Positions 1-11,540 of a stretch of 64,000 nucleotides of DNA are shown one piece after another. Location: positions 1,952,001-2,016,000 of the forward strand of contig CAVQYR010000001.1 of assembly GCA_963718235.1 (NCBI GenBank), read 5' to 3'. The number at the start of each line of letters is the position of its first letter. Position 1 is the first letter of the stretch. A program made the position numbers and the translations under genes. Under the pieces are notes generated by a model. That model did no database searches. It saw only the letters and a program-made list of their open reading frames with translations, and was not told the origin of the DNA. The stretch is from an uncultured Actinomycetota bacterium. GTDB lineage: Bacteria > Actinomycetota > Actinomycetes > JAHEKZ01.

Positions 1-742
1 CCCGCTCCGCCACCTCGGCCTGCACCAGGCTCGCCACCACCACGGCCTGGCGCGGGGTCAGCCCGACGGCCCGGCTGCTGGCCACCAGGTCCAGCTCCGC
101 GGCCGCCTGGTCGAAGCGCTGGACCAGCGTGCGCAGCATCTCCTGGGCCGGGACTCCGGGGTCGAAGGCGTACGTCGCGGGGAACAGGAACCCTTCGGCC
201 TCACCCTCCGCGTACCGCGGCAGGCCGAGCGCGCGCGGGGTCTCCAGGGCCCGCTCGAAGTCCTCCCGTGGGAGCCCGGACGCCTCGACCAGTCGGTCGA
301 CCGTCTGTGCCACCCGAAGCCCCTCGGGGATCGTCACCTCGGTCTGGACCCGGGCCTCCGGGTCGAGCAGCCGCTCCAGCGCTCCCTGAGCCGACATCTG
401 CCGGGCCATCGCGTAGATGCCCGGCTGGATGCCCAACGAGCGGTCGTCGGCCGCTGCGGCGTCGACGAACGCGGCAGCGCTGGCCACGACGTCGGCCTGG
501 GCCAACGTCTCGCCGATCGCGCGGGCCGAGTCGCCGGGCGCCACCTCCACGACCACCTCGCCCTCCCCGGGGCCGGGGTAGTCGGCCGAACCGCCGAGCC
601 AGCCGCCCAGCAGGGCGGCCCCCATCAAGGCCCCCGCGACCAGCACCAGGACCAGGACGACGACCCCTAGCACCGCTCGACGTCGACGTACGGCCTGGCT
701 CGGCCCGGGTCTCGCCAGCGGGGCGCGCGGCGGAGCGCTCAC
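1..742 (-). CDS. mltG: Endolytic transglycosylase MltG (YceG family), 3' end outside window
   Basis: Manual translation from GTG at 742 (GTGA overlap with ruvX stop): basic N-terminus, TM helix VLGVVVLVLVLVAGALMG, DYPGPGEGEVVVEV, and EGFLFPATY motif; canonical alaS-ruvX-mltG order. Confidence 0.9.
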   Translation of the reverse strand, partial: MSAPPRAPLARPGPSQAVRRRRAVLGVVVLVLVLVAGALMGAALLGGWLGGSADYPGPGEGEVVVEVAPGDSARAIGETLAQADVVASAAAFVDAAAADDRSLGIQPGIYAMARQMSAQGALERLLDPEARVQTEVTIPEGLRVAQTVDRLVEASGLPREDFERALETPRALGLPRYAEGEAEGFLFPATYAFDPGVPAQEMLRTLVQRFDQAAAELDLVASSRAVGLTPRQAVVVASLVQAEVAER

Positions 743-1212
743 GACGACCCCGAGGACGCAGCGCTCGGCACCACCAGCTGCCCCGGGGGGCGACCGGTGC
801 CCCGCTCGGTGTCCAGGGCCGCCTGCAGCACGACCACCGCAGCCGCCTGGTCGATCACCGAGCGTCCGGCCCGGCTGTCCCGTCCGGACGCCTGCAGCGA
901 CCGGGCGGCCGTCACCGTGCTCAGCCGCTCGTCGACCATCCGGACCTCGATCGGCACCGTGTCGGCGAGCTGCTGGGCGAAGGCTCGGGCGGAGCCGGCC
1001 GCCGCCCCCTCGGCTCCGGAGAGGCTGCGGGGGAGGCCGACCACGATCTCGATCGCGGCCCGCTCGAGCGCACAGCCCGCGATCCGGGCGAGGTCGCCGT
1101 CGCCCCGAGGCACGGTCTCGACGGGCACGGCCAGGACGCCGTCGGGGTCGCTGGCGGCCAGCCCGATCCGGACCTGTCCCGGGTCGACCCCGAGTCGGAC
1201 TCCACGACGCAT
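739..1212 (-). CDS. ruvX: Pre-16S rRNA nuclease / Holliday junction resolvase-like RuvX (YqgF)
   Basis: LGVDPGQVRIGLAASD, VVGLP, VDERLST, IDQAAAVVVLQ motifs; directly downstream of alaS. Confidence 0.95.
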   Translation of the reverse strand: MRRGVRLGVDPGQVRIGLAASDPDGVLAVPVETVPRGDGDLARIAGCALERAAIEIVVGLPRSLSGAEGAAAGSARAFAQQLADTVPIEVRMVDERLSTVTAARSLQASGRDSRAGRSVIDQAAAVVVLQAALDTERGTGRPPGQLVVPSAASSGSS

Positions 1213-3887
1213 CAGCCGGGCTCCACCACCGACCGCACCGACGGCACGACCTCGGCCAGACCGGCCCCGATCCCTGACGGGTCCGTGCCGCCGCCCTGGG
1301 CCACGTCGTCCTTGCCTCCGCCTCGTCCGCCGACCAAGGGCAGCACGGCCTGGAGCAGCACCCGGGCGGACAGCCCGAGGGTGCGGGCCTGCTCGTCGGT
1401 GACGGCCACCACCGAGACCTTGCCGTCGGTGGCGCCGGCGCCGACGACCACGCAGGGCTCACCGGACGCCTTGTCCCTGGTCTGCAGCGCCAGGTCGCGC
1501 AGGGCCGCCGGGTCGGTCCCGTCCGGCGCCCGGAACGCCCAGACCCGGGCCGGACCGACCCGGTCGCCCTCCCCCACGATGGAGCCCGCGGCCGCCCGCA
1601 GCTGCCCCTGCTTGTACCGGTCGATCTCCTTCTCGGCGTCGCGCAGGCGGGTCATCAGGTCGGCGACCCGGTCGGGGATCTCCTCGGGTCGGGCCTTGAG
1701 CTGCTCGGTGACCAGGTTGAGCAGGGTGTGCTCACGGGCCAGGTACCGGTAGGCGTCCATGCCGACGAGCGCCTCGATCCGGCGCACCCCGGCTCCGATC
1801 GAGGACTCGCCGAGCAGCTTGACCACACCGAGCTGCCCGGTGCGCCCGGCGTGCGTACCGCCGCACAGCTCGCGGGTCCAGTCCCCGACGCTGACCACGC
1901 GCACGACGTCGCCGTACTTCTCCCCGAACAGTGCCATCGCGCCGGAGGCGCGCGCCTCGTCGATCGGCAGGTACTCGGCATGGACGTCGAGGTCGTTGAT
2001 CAGCACCTCGTTGACCTTCTGCTCGACGTCGGTCAGCACACCGGCCGGCACCGCGCCCGGGTTCGGGAAGTCGAACCTGAACCGCCCGGGCGCGTTCTCC
2101 GAGCCCGCCTGCGTCGCCGTCTCCCCGAGCAGCTCACGCATCGCCTTGTGCACCATGTGCGTGGCCGTGTGCGCTCGCGAGATCGCCCGACGGCGCTCGA
2201 CGTCGACGACCGCACGTGCCGTCAGTCCCGTCTCGGCGGTTCCGTCGAGCACTCTCGCCCGGTGCACGACCAGCCCCTCGAGCGGCGTCTGGACGTCGTC
2301 GACCCGGACGAGCGCCCCGTTCGCCAGTCGGATCTCCCCCTCGTCGGCGAGCTGTCCGCCGCCCTCGGCGTAGAACGGTGTGCGGTCGAGCACCAGCTCG
2401 ACGACGTCGCCCGCCTGGGCCGCCGGGACGAGCTGACCGCCGCGAAGGATCCCCCGAACCGTCGCCTCGGAGTCGGTCTCGACGTACCCGGTGAACTCGG
2501 TCCGGCCGGCCGTGTCGGCGATGGTGCGGTACGCGGCGGGGTCACCGTGCCCCGTCTTCTTGGCCCGCGAGTCGGCCTTGGCCCGCTCGCGCTGCTGCGC
2601 CATGAGCCGGCGGAACCCCTCCTCGTCGACCTCGAGTCCCTGCTCGGCCGCCATCTCCAGGGTCAGGTCGATCGGGAAGCCGAACGTGTCGTGCAGCTTG
2701 AACGCCTCCTCGCCCTCGATCGTGCTGCGCCCGGAGGACTTGACCGAGTGCGCGGCCAGGTCGAAGATCTGGGTCCCCGCCCGCAGGGTCTCCAGGAAGG
2801 TCGCCTCCTCGGCCTCCGCGACGGCATGGATCCTCGCCCGCTCGAGCTCGAGCTCGGGGTACTGCGGGCCCATCGCCTCGATCGTGGCGCTGACCAGCTC
2901 GCGCACGGTGGGCTCGTGCGCGCCCAGGAGGCGCATCGAACGGATGCTCCTGCGCATGATCCGACGCAGGACGTAGCCCCGGCCTTCGTTGCCCGGGGTC
3001 ACCTGGTCGCTGATCAGCATGACGGCGGTCCGGACGTGGTCGCCGATCACGCGGAACCGCACGTCGTCGGCGTGGTCGGCGCCGTAGCGTCGTCCGGTCA
3101 GTCGGGACGCGCGGTCGATGATCTGCTTGCTCGTGTCGATCTCGTAGATGTTGTCGACACCCTGCAGAACGGCGGCCATGCGCTCGAGTCCCATGCCCGT
3201 GTCGATGTTCTTGGCCGGCAGCTCCGCGGTGACGTCGAAGTCGTCCTTGGCCCGCACGGCACTGAGCTCGTACTGCATGAAGACGAGGTTCCAGACCTCG
3301 AGGTAGCGGTCCTCGTCGACGACCGGCCCGCCCTCTTTGCCGAACTCCGGGCCGCGGTCGTAGTAGATCTCGCTGCACGGTCCACCTGGGCCGGGCACTC
3401 CCATGTGCCAGTAGTTGTCCTTCAGCCCGCGCCGCTGGATCCGCGACTCCGGTACCCCGACGTCGCGACGCCAGATCTCCGCGGACTCGTCGTCGTCGGC
3501 GTAGATCGTGGCCCACAGGCGGTCCTCTGGGAACCCGTAGCCACCGTCCGCGACGCTGTTGGTCAGCAGCTCCCACGCGAACGGGATCGCGGTCTCCTTG
3601 AAGTAGTCACCGAAGGAGAAGTTGCCGGCCATCTGGAAGAACGAGGCATGCCGGGTCGTCTTGCCGACCTCCTCGATGTCCAGGGTACGGACCACCTTCT
3701 GGACGCTGACGGCTCTTCGGTAGGGCGGGCTCTGCTCACCCAGGAAGTACGGCTTGAACGGGACCATGCCGGCGTTGACCAGCAGGAGGGTCGGGTCCGG
3801 GAGCGGGAGAGGCGCCGACGGCACGACCGTGTGCTCGCGCTGCTCGAAGAACCGCAGGAAGCGGCTGCGGATCTCGGCGGACTCCAT
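1212..3887 (-). CDS. alaS: Alanine--tRNA ligase
   Basis: [37 protein letters not shown], editing HTATH and ELCGGTH, C-terminal GGRGGG; 891 aa. Confidence 0.99.
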   Translation of the reverse strand: MESAEIRSRFLRFFEQREHTVVPSAPLPLPDPTLLLVNAGMVPFKPYFLGEQSPPYRRAVSVQKVVRTLDIEEVGKTTRHASFFQMAGNFSFGDYFKETAIPFAWELLTNSVADGGYGFPEDRLWATIYADDDESAEIWRRDVGVPESRIQRRGLKDNYWHMGVPGPGGPCSEIYYDRGPEFGKEGGPVVDEDRYLEVWNLVFMQYELSAVRAKDDFDVTAELPAKNIDTGMGLERMAAVLQGVDNIYEIDTSKQIIDRASRLTGRRYGADHADDVRFRVIGDHVRTAVMLISDQVTPGNEGRGYVLRRIMRRSIRSMRLLGAHEPTVRELVSATIEAMGPQYPELELERARIHAVAEAEEATFLETLRAGTQIFDLAAHSVKSSGRSTIEGEEAFKLHDTFGFPIDLTLEMAAEQGLEVDEEGFRRLMAQQRERAKADSRAKKTGHGDPAAYRTIADTAGRTEFTGYVETDSEATVRGILRGGQLVPAAQAGDVVELVLDRTPFYAEGGGQLADEGEIRLANGALVRVDDVQTPLEGLVVHRARVLDGTAETGLTARAVVDVERRRAISRAHTATHMVHKAMRELLGETATQAGSENAPGRFRFDFPNPGAVPAGVLTDVEQKVNEVLINDLDVHAEYLPIDEARASGAMALFGEKYGDVVRVVSVGDWTRELCGGTHAGRTGQLGVVKLLGESSIGAGVRRIEALVGMDAYRYLAREHTLLNLVTEQLKARPEEIPDRVADLMTRLRDAEKEIDRYKQGQLRAAAGSIVGEGDRVGPARVWAFRAPDGTDPAALRDLALQTRDKASGEPCVVVGAGATDGKVSVVAVTDEQARTLGLSARVLLQAVLPLVGGRGGGKDDVAQGGGTDPSGIGAGLAEVVPSVRSVVEPG

Positions 3888-3946
3888 GGTCTCGTGCTCC
3901 TCGTTCGTTCGGCTCGGGTGCTCGACGGTGGGCTGCTCCCGGCCGC

Positions 3947-5347
3947 TCAGCGCTGGGTCGGGCGGCTCCGTGCTGCCTCATCCGACCCTACCGAAGGGCT
4001 CCGCGTCTCCTGGGTTTCGGCGTGGACGACCGACCGCAGGGTGTCGACCCGCTCGCGCAGCCCGTTCTCGAAGCCGTGGGTGCCGGGGGTGTAGTAGCGA
4101 CGGCCGACGACCGGGTCAGGCGCGTACTGCTGGGGTACGACGCCTCGGGGGTCGTCGTGCGGGTAGACGTAACGGCGCCCGTGCCCGAGGTCCTTGGCCC
4201 CGGAGTAGTGGGCGTCGCGCAGGTGGGCCGGCACGGTGCCTACCAGCCCCCGCCGGACGTCGGCCAGCGCGCTGTCGATGGCCACCACCACCGCGTTGGA
4301 CTTGGGGGCGAGTGCCAGGTGGATGACGGCCTGGGCCAGGTTGATCCGCGCCTCGGGCAACCCGACGAACTGCGTGGCCTGCATCGCGGCCACCGCGGCC
4401 AGCAGCGCGGTGGGGTCGGCCAGGCCGATGTCCTCGCTGGCATGGATGACGAGCCGCCGGGCGATGAAGCGCGGGTCCTCGCCGGCCTCGACCATCCGGG
4501 CCAGGTAGTGCAGCGCCGCATCCACGTCGCTGCCACGGATGCTCTTGATGAGGGCACTCGTCACGTCGTAGTGCTGGTCACCGTCACGGTCGTACCGCAC
4601 CGCCGCCCGGTCAACGGCCTGCTCGACGGCGGCGACGTCGATCCTGCTCGACCCGCGGTCCGACGCCACGCCTGCGGCCGCCTCGAGCGCGGTCAGCCCC
4701 CGTCGTGCGTCTCCTCCGGAGAGCCGCACGAGGGTCGACATGGCCTCGTCGTCGACCGCGACGCCTGCCAGCCCTCGCGGGTCGCTGGCGGCGCGGATGA
4801 GCAGCGACTGGATCGCGACGTCGTCCAACGGTCGAAGGGTCAGCAGCAGCGAACGGGACAACAGCGGGGAGACGATCGAGAAGTGCGGGTTCTCCGTGGT
4901 CGCCGCGACGAGCACCACCCACCGGTTCTCCACCGCGGGGAGCAGCGCGTCCTGCTGCGTCTTGGAGAAGCGGTGCACCTCGTCGACGAACAGCACGGTC
5001 TCCTCGCCGGTCGCCAACGAGCGTCGGGCCGCATCGATGACCGCCCTGACCTCCTTGACCCCTGCGGTGACGGCCGAGAGCTCGACGAACCGCCGCCCAG
5101 TGGCCTGGCTGACCAACGAGGCGAGCGTCGTCTTGCCGGTTCCCGGTGGCCCCCACAGGATGAGCGACACCGGACCGGCTGCGGCATCCCCGCCGCCCTC
5201 GACGAGGCGGCGCAGGGGCGAGCCGGGAGTCAGCAGATGGTCCTGCCCGACGACGTCGTCCAGGGAGCGGGGACGCATCCGGGCCGCGAGCGGGCCGGTG
5301 CTGAGCTCCTCGACCGCGGCATCGAACAGGTCCGGCCCTTGCTCCAC
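3947..5347 (-). CDS. rarA: Replication-associated recombination protein A (RarA/MgsA AAA+ ATPase)
   Basis: [49 protein letters not shown]; start set at GTG 5347 behind GGAGG. Confidence 0.95.
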   Translation of the reverse strand: MEQGPDLFDAAVEELSTGPLAARMRPRSLDDVVGQDHLLTPGSPLRRLVEGGGDAAAGPVSLILWGPPGTGKTTLASLVSQATGRRFVELSAVTAGVKEVRAVIDAARRSLATGEETVLFVDEVHRFSKTQQDALLPAVENRWVVLVAATTENPHFSIVSPLLSRSLLLTLRPLDDVAIQSLLIRAASDPRGLAGVAVDDEAMSTLVRLSGGDARRGLTALEAAAGVASDRGSSRIDVAAVEQAVDRAAVRYDRDGDQHYDVTSALIKSIRGSDVDAALHYLARMVEAGEDPRFIARRLVIHASEDIGLADPTALLAAVAAMQATQFVGLPEARINLAQAVIHLALAPKSNAVVVAIDSALADVRRGLVGTVPAHLRDAHYSGAKDLGHGRRYVYPHDDPRGVVPQQYAPDPVVGRRYYTPGTHGFENGLRERVDTLRSVVHAETQETRSPSVGSDEAARSRPTQR

Positions 5348-5390
5348 GCGAACCTCCTCCTTGGCGGGTCGTGCGCGACTCGCTGAGGCG

Positions 5391-7184
5391 CTAGTTCCGG
5401 CGTTCGTCGGGGATGACCTCGTCACCGGGGCGGTTGGCGACCGGGGCTTCCTTGTCCGCCGGTGGCGGTGCGTCGATGCCGGCCTCGGTGCGCTGTGCGG
5501 CCGTGATCGGGGTCGGAGCCCCGGTGAGCGGGTCGCCACCGGACGCGGTCTTCGGGAACGCGATGACCTCACGGATCGACGCCGCCCCCGCGAGCAGGCC
5601 GACCAGACGGTCGAGCCCGAAGGCGATGCCGCCGTGCGGAGGTGGACCGTAGCGCAACGCCTCGAGCAGGAACCCGAACTTGTTCTGCGCCTCCGCGTGG
5701 GACAACCCGATGATGTCGAACACCCGCTGCTGGACCTCGGGCCGGTGGATACGGATCGACCCGCCGCCGATCTCACTGCCGTTGAGCACCATGTCGTAGG
5801 CGTAGGCGAGCGCCCGCCCCGGCTCGACGTCGAAGGCGTCGACCCAGTCCTCGTTGGGTGCGGTGAACGGGTGGTGGACGGCGGTCCAGCCGCCCTCGCC
5901 GTCCGCTTCGAACATCGGTGCGTCGACCACCCACAGGAAGGCCCAGGCCGACTCGTCGATCAAGTCGCACCGCCGGCCGACCTCCAGGCGCGCGGCACCC
6001 AGCAGGGTCAGCGCCTCGGCCCGCCCGCCGGCGGCGAAGAAGACCGCGTCCCCGGGGGCGGCACCCGCCGCCGCGGTGAGCCCCGCTCGCTCGGCGTCGG
6101 AGAGGTTCTTGGCCACCGGTCCACCCAGGGTGCCGTCCTCTTGCACCAGGACGTAGGCGAGGCCGCGGGCCCCCCGGGCCCGGGCCCACTCCTGCCACCC
6201 GTCGAGCTCCTTGCGGCTCTGCGAGGCGCCCCCCGGCATCACGACGCACCCGACGTGCTCAGCCTGGAAGACCCGGAACGTCGTGGCCCCGAAGTACTCG
6301 GTCAGGTCGACCAGCTCGCAGCCGAACCGCACGTCGGGCTTGTCGCTGCCAAAGCGTTCCATCGCGTCCGCGTAGGTGAGGCGGGGCAGCGGCAAGGGCA
6401 CGTCGTACCCGTGCAGCTCGCCCCACAGTGCGGACACGAGCGACTCGCCGACCTCGATCACGTCGTCCTCGTCGACGAAGGACATCTCGATGTCGAGCTG
6501 GGTGAACTCCGGCTGTCGGTCGGCTCGGAAGTCCTCGTCCCGGAAACAACGGACGATCTGGTAGTACCGCTCCATGCCCGCCACCATGAGCAGCTGCTTG
6601 AACAGCTGCGGTGACTGCGGGAGCGCGTACCAGGATCCCGGCTGGAGCCGCACGGGTACCAAGAAGTCCCGTGCCCCCTCCGGCGTCGAGCGGGTCAGGT
6701 ACGGCGTCTCGATGTCCAGGAACCCTCGGGCATCCATGACGTCGCGGATGACCTTGGTGGCTCGGGCCCGCAGCCTCAGCGCCCGGGCGGGTGCGTCGCG
6801 ACGCAGGTCGAGGTAGCGGTAGCGCAGTCGGGCGTCCTCGCCCACGCTCACGTACTCGTCGATCGGGAACGGCAGCGGCTCCGAGGTCGACAGGATCTCG
6901 ACCTCTTGGGCAATGACCTCGACCGCACCGGTCGCGAGCTCTGGGTTCTCGTTGCCGACCGGTCGGGCCACCACCTCGCCGACCACCTTGACGCAGTACT
7001 CACTGCGCAGCTCGTTGGCCACCTCGGCGTCGCGCACCACCACCTGCACCGACCCGGAAGCGTCACGCAGGTCGAGGAAGGCCACCCCACCATGGTCGCG
7101 ACGACGCGCGACCCAGCCCGCGAGCACGACCTCCCGAGAGGCGTCGGACGCGCGCAGGGTCCCCGCGTCGTGGGTGCGGATCAC
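5391..7184 (-). CDS. aspS: Aspartate--tRNA ligase, probably non-discriminating (Asp/Asn)
   Basis: [60 protein letters not shown]; GTG 7184 overlaps hisS stop; His in RDHGG is typical of ND-AspRS. Confidence 0.97.
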   Translation of the reverse strand: MIRTHDAGTLRASDASREVVLAGWVARRRDHGGVAFLDLRDASGSVQVVVRDAEVANELRSEYCVKVVGEVVARPVGNENPELATGAVEVIAQEVEILSTSEPLPFPIDEYVSVGEDARLRYRYLDLRRDAPARALRLRARATKVIRDVMDARGFLDIETPYLTRSTPEGARDFLVPVRLQPGSWYALPQSPQLFKQLLMVAGMERYYQIVRCFRDEDFRADRQPEFTQLDIEMSFVDEDDVIEVGESLVSALWGELHGYDVPLPLPRLTYADAMERFGSDKPDVRFGCELVDLTEYFGATTFRVFQAEHVGCVVMPGGASQSRKELDGWQEWARARGARGLAYVLVQEDGTLGGPVAKNLSDAERAGLTAAAGAAPGDAVFFAAGGRAEALTLLGAARLEVGRRCDLIDESAWAFLWVVDAPMFEADGEGGWTAVHHPFTAPNEDWVDAFDVEPGRALAYAYDMVLNGSEIGGGSIRIHRPEVQQRVFDIIGLSHAEAQNKFGFLLEALRYGPPPHGGIAFGLDRLVGLLAGAASIREVIAFPKTASGGDPLTGAPTPITAAQRTEAGIDAPPPADKEAPVANRPGDEVIPDERRN

Positions 7185-8529
7185 GGTTGCTCCCTGTCGT
7201 CGAAGGGTACGAGCCCGATGCTCGGAGCGAGGTCGGCCTCCGGTGGCATCCACTCCCCCGGAACGGCAGGGACCTGCTCGCCGCTGCGGATGTCCTTGAC
7301 CGAGTGGCCCCCGTCGGGCTCAGGGAACCAGACGTAGGGGATGCCCCGCCGGTCGGCATGGCGGATCTGCTTGCCGAACTTGGCGGCCGCCGGCGCGACC
7401 TCGGTGCTGATGCCGCGGTCCCGCAACGTGGCGGCAACCCGTTCCGAGGCCCCCCGCGCGCCTCGTCGACGACGGCCACCAGGACGCACGTCGGCACCGC
7501 CCGGCTCGCCCGTACGAGGTCGCGGCCCACGAGGACAGCGAGCAGCCGGGTCACCCCGAGTGAGATCCCCACGCCCGGGTAAGTGGCACGCCCGTCGCTG
7601 GCCAAGGCGTCGTAGCGCCCGCCCGAGCTGACCGACCCCAGGGACTCGTACCCGGTGACGAACGTCTCGTAGACCGTCCCGGTGTAGTAGTCGAGACCCC
7701 GCGCGATGCTCAGGTCGGCCACGACCGCCCCGGGCATCCGCTCGTGGGCGGCCGCGACGAGCGCCTCGAGCTCGGCCAGCCCTTCGTCGAGCAAGGGGTG
7801 CTCGACCCCGAGGGCACGCACCTCGCCGACGAAAGTGGCGTCCGGCGAGCGGATCTCTGCCATCGCCAGGCACCGGGCGGCGGCATCGGGGGTCAACCCC
7901 GCCTCCTCGACCAGGAGTCCGCCGACCCGCTCCGGCCCGAGCTTGCCGAGCTTGTCGATCGCCCGAAGCGCCGCTGACGGGTCAGAAGCCCCCAGCCCCA
8001 GGAAGAAGCCTTCGGCCAGCTTGCGGTTGTTGACCGAGATGACCGCAGGCGGGCAGGGCAGGGCGCGGAAGACCTCGGCCATGACCAGCGCGACCTCGAC
8101 CTCGTGGTGGAAGGCCAGGCTGTCGCGTCCGACCACGTCGATGTCGGCCTGCGTGAACTCCCGGTAGCGGCCGTCCTGAGGACGCTCCCCCCGCCAGGCC
8201 TTCTGGATCTGGTACCGCCGGAACGGGAAGTCCAGCTGCCCGGCGTGCTGGAGCACGTAGCGCGCGAACGGGACGGTGAGGTCGAAGTGCAGCCCGAGGC
8301 CCGGGTCCGCCTCGTCGGCCTCGGCGTGCAGCCGACGAAGGACGTACACCTCCTTGTCGATCTCACCCTTGCGCAGCAGCTGGTCGAGCGGCTCGACCGC
8401 GCGGGTCTCGATCGAGCTGAAGCCGTGCAGCTCGAAGACCCGACGGACCGTGTCCAGGACATAGAGCTCGACGAGCCGCTGGGCCGGTAGGTACTCCGGG
8501 AACCCGGACAGCGCGCTGGGTCGCGACAT
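7181..8529 (-). CDS. hisS: Histidine--tRNA ligase, with an apparent 1-bp deletion frameshift at ~7450-7455
   Basis: [46 protein letters not shown] in one frame; anticodon-binding domain ([24 protein letters not shown]) continues in another frame after a G6 run. Confidence 0.93.
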
Positions 8530-8532
8530 CGG

Positions 8533-9252
8533 TCACAACCCCTTTCGCGGCGGCGCCGCGACCAGGTCCGTGGCGAGGAACGGGTTGCCCGCGCGCTCGT
8601 GCCCGATGGTCGTCGCCGGACCGTGCCCGGGCAGCACGAGGACGTCGTCGGCCAGCGGGACGACCTTGCGACTCAGGGAGTCCATCATCTGCTCGTAGGA
8701 CCCCCCGGGCAGGTCGGTGCGCCCGATCGACCCCGCGAACAGGACGTCACCGGAGAGCAGGGTCTGGCTGGGCGTCTCCTCGGCCCCCGTGAGCCCGGAC
8801 GGTGCCCCGGGGACTCGGAACATGACCGACCCCGGTGTGTGGCCGGGGGCATGGTCGACGACCAGCTCGAGCCCGGCCAGCGGCAGGGCCTCTCCGTCGG
8901 CCAGCACCCGCACGTCGTCCGGCTCCTGCCACTCCAGACGCCCGCCGAACATCGCCTGGGTCTCGCGGCTGAGCCCCTTCATCGGGTCGGCCAGGAGCTC
9001 ACGATCGGCGGGGTGGATGTAGGCGGGAATGTGCCGCGAGCCGGCGACCGGGACGACCGAGAAGGTGTGGTCGAGGTGACCGTGGGTCAGCAGCACCGCC
9101 ACGGGCTTCAGCCGGTACTCCAGCAGCAGCGCGTCGATGCCCTCGGCGACGTCGATGCCCGGGTCGACGACCACGCACTCCTCGCCCGGGCCGGGAGCCA
9201 CGACGTACACGTTCGTACCGAACGCCGCGGACGGGAATCCGACGACGAGCAC
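8533..9252 (-). CDS. Metallo-beta-lactamase-fold hydrolase (glyoxalase II-like)
   Basis: THGHLDH, HAPGHTPG, SGDVLF, GRTDLPGG, PGHG; conserved position upstream of hisS; GTG 9252 with AAGGGAG RBS. Confidence 0.92.
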   Translation of the reverse strand: MLVVGFPSAAFGTNVYVVAPGPGEECVVVDPGIDVAEGIDALLLEYRLKPVAVLLTHGHLDHTFSVVPVAGSRHIPAYIHPADRELLADPMKGLSRETQAMFGGRLEWQEPDDVRVLADGEALPLAGLELVVDHAPGHTPGSVMFRVPGAPSGLTGAEETPSQTLLSGDVLFAGSIGRTDLPGGSYEQMMDSLSRKVVPLADDVLVLPGHGPATTIGHERAGNPFLATDLVAAPPRKGL

Positions 9253-9407
9253 GAGCGACTCCCTTCCGGACGTTGACGCCGTGGGACGCCACGGTCCCGC
9301 GAGCCTATCGGCGCCAGGGCGCCCCAGCCGAACGGGTTTGCGACCTCCGCACCACGGGCGCCACGCCGTCCCTAGACTGGGGCGCCGTTCGTCGAGAGGC
9401 AGGTCCG

Positions 9408-10214
9408 GTGTCACCCAGCAAGAAGCAGGCCCAGCGTGCTGCCGCGCGTGAGCGGTACGAGAAGTACCTGGAGCGCCGCCAGCGGAAGCTGCACCGCAAG
9501 CAGCTGGTCCGCCGCGGGCTCTACCTCGCGCTGGCCGCCGCGCTGGTCGTCGGGCTCGGCTTCTGGGGCTTCAGCGCGCTCGGGTCCGACGACGAGGACG
9601 ACATCGCCGCCCTCGTGCCGTCGCCCACGACGAGCCCGACCGACGTCGTGGCGGCCAAAGGCTGCCAGCCGGCCACCGTCGTCCCAGTGACCGAACCCCA
9701 GCAGTTCGACGGCGCCGAACAGGTGCTGGAGCCGGGCCCGGCCACACTCACCTTGAGCACGAACTGCGGTGACCTCTCGATCGCCCTGGAGACCAAGACC
9801 GCCCCGAAGAACTCCAACTCGCTGGCATTTCTCGCCGAGCAGGGATACTTCGACGGCACGGCCTGCCATCGACTGACCACGCAGGGGATCTTCGTCCTGC
9901 AGTGTGGTGACCCGACTGCGGCGGGCTCGGGAGGTCCTGGGTACACCACGAAGGACGAGAACGTCCCGGCCGACGGCGTCTACCCTGCCGGGACCGTGGC
10001 CATGGCCGAGCCGAGCACCGGTGACGCGGGGAGCCAGTTCTTCATCGTGTACCAGGACACCACGCTGCCGCCCAGCTACACCACGGTCGGCCAGGTCACC
10101 GAGGGTCTCGCCGCCGTCAAGGCGGTCGCCCAGGTCGGCGTCGAAGGAGGAGGCAGCGACGGTGCACCGGCGCAGCCCGTGGTCATCGACAAGGCCACGG
10201 TGACCCAGCCATGA
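9408..10214 (+). CDS. Membrane-anchored cyclophilin-type peptidyl-prolyl isomerase (PpiB-like)
   Basis: Basic N-terminus, TM helix, YFDGTACHRL, LQCGDPT, GGPGY, GTVAMA, GSQFFIVY; TAGACT -10 at 9373. Confidence 0.9.
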   Translation: MSPSKKQAQRAAARERYEKYLERRQRKLHRKQLVRRGLYLALAAALVVGLGFWGFSALGSDDEDDIAALVPSPTTSPTDVVAAKGCQPATVVPVTEPQQFDGAEQVLEPGPATLTLSTNCGDLSIALETKTAPKNSNSLAFLAEQGYFDGTACHRLTTQGIFVLQCGDPTAAGSGGPGYTTKDENVPADGVYPAGTVAMAEPSTGDAGSQFFIVYQDTTLPPSYTTVGQVTEGLAAVKAVAQVGVEGGGSDGAPAQPVVIDKATVTQP

Positions 10215-11464
10215 GCGACCGGGAGGCCGACCCGACTGCGGGGCGTCCCTGGGGCCGGGTCGACGCCGACGGCACCGTCTATGTGCACACCGCCGAGGGT
10301 GAGCGCGCGGTCGGCAGCTGGCTGGCCGGCGACCCCGCCGACGGGCTGGCCTTCTACGAGCGTCGCTACCAGACCCTGTCGGTCGACATCGACCTGCTCC
10401 AGCACCGCCTGACCGGTGCCGGGCTCTCCCCCGAGGAGGCAATGGCCAAGATCGGCAAGCTTCGGACCCAGGTCGACGACCCGGTCTGCGTCGGTGACCT
10501 CGCCGCCTTGCGCGCTCGGCTCGACGCTCTCGTGGGGGTCGTCGGCGAGCAGCGGGAGAAGAAGGTCGCCGAGCGCCAGGCCGCGCGCGACGCGGCGCGG
10601 GCCCAGCGGGAGACCTTGGTGGCGGAGGCCGAACGGCTGGCCGACAGCACCCAGTGGAAGGCCACCGGCGAGCGGTATCGGGCCATGGTCGAGGAGTGGA
10701 AGGCCGCTCCCCGGGTGGACCGGTCCGGTGAGCAGGAGCTCTGGCAGCGGCTCAGCCACGCGCGAGCGGTCTTCGACAAGCGACGCCGTGCCCACTTCGC
10801 CGAGCTGGAGACTCGCCACCACGAGGCGGCAGCGGCCAAGCAGCGGCTGATCAAGGAGGCCGAGCAGCTCTCGTCCAGCACGCAGTGGGGACCGACGGCC
10901 GCGGCGTACCGCGACCTGATGCGGCAGTGGAAGGCAGCCGGACCGGCCGGCAAGGCGCAGGAGGAGAAGCTGTGGCAGGCGTTCCGGGCCGCCCAGGACG
11001 CCTTCTTCACGGCCCGGTCGGAGGCCTTCGCCGAGCGCGACGCGGGGCAGGCTGAGAACCTCCAGGTCAAGCAGGGTCTGCTCGCCGAGGCGGAGGCGCT
11101 GCTCCCGGTGACCGACCACAAGGCGGCGCGACGACAGCTGCGGGCGCTGCAGGACCGGTGGAACGCGGCCGGGCAGGTCCCCCGCGCCGACAAGGAGCCG
11201 CTCGAGGCACGGCTGCGCGCGGTCGAGCAGACGGTGAAGACTGCTGAGGAGTCCCAGTGGCGGCGCAGCAACCCCGAGGCGCGGGCCCGCGCCCAGGCGA
11301 CCGCTGACCAGCTCAACACCGCCTTGGCCAAGCTGGAGCGGCAGCGCAGCGCTGCGTTGGAGGCCGGGGACGAGCGGCGGGTCGGTGAGCTCGACGAGGC
11401 GATCGCCGCCCGGCGGGCGTGGCTCGTGTCGGCCGAGCAGGCGCTCGCCGAGTTCTCCCCCTGA
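10211..11464 (+). CDS. DUF349 domain-containing protein
   Basis: WGRVDADGTVYV N-terminus and three repeated W..W.RF/LWQ helical units; usual neighbour of rel in actinobacteria. Confidence 0.88.
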   Translation: MSDREADPTAGRPWGRVDADGTVYVHTAEGERAVGSWLAGDPADGLAFYERRYQTLSVDIDLLQHRLTGAGLSPEEAMAKIGKLRTQVDDPVCVGDLAALRARLDALVGVVGEQREKKVAERQAARDAARAQRETLVAEAERLADSTQWKATGERYRAMVEEWKAAPRVDRSGEQELWQRLSHARAVFDKRRRAHFAELETRHHEAAAAKQRLIKEAEQLSSSTQWGPTAAAYRDLMRQWKAAGPAGKAQEEKLWQAFRAAQDAFFTARSEAFAERDAGQAENLQVKQGLLAEAEALLPVTDHKAARRQLRALQDRWNAAGQVPRADKEPLEARLRAVEQTVKTAEESQWRRSNPEARARAQATADQLNTALAKLERQRSAALEAGDERRVGELDEAIAARRAWLVSAEQALAEFSP

Positions 11465-11540
11465 ACCACCAGACCCACCTCTGGCTGACGATCGGGTTTG
11501 CTGGTCCCGACGTGGGTTTGCCGGCGGGTGCGGGCGAGGG

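Noticed and set aside
11465-11540. Weak inverted repeat CAGACCCAC..GTGGGTTTG between DUF349 and relA
   Set aside because: Short and imperfect; may be a terminator or REP relic, but the support is too weak
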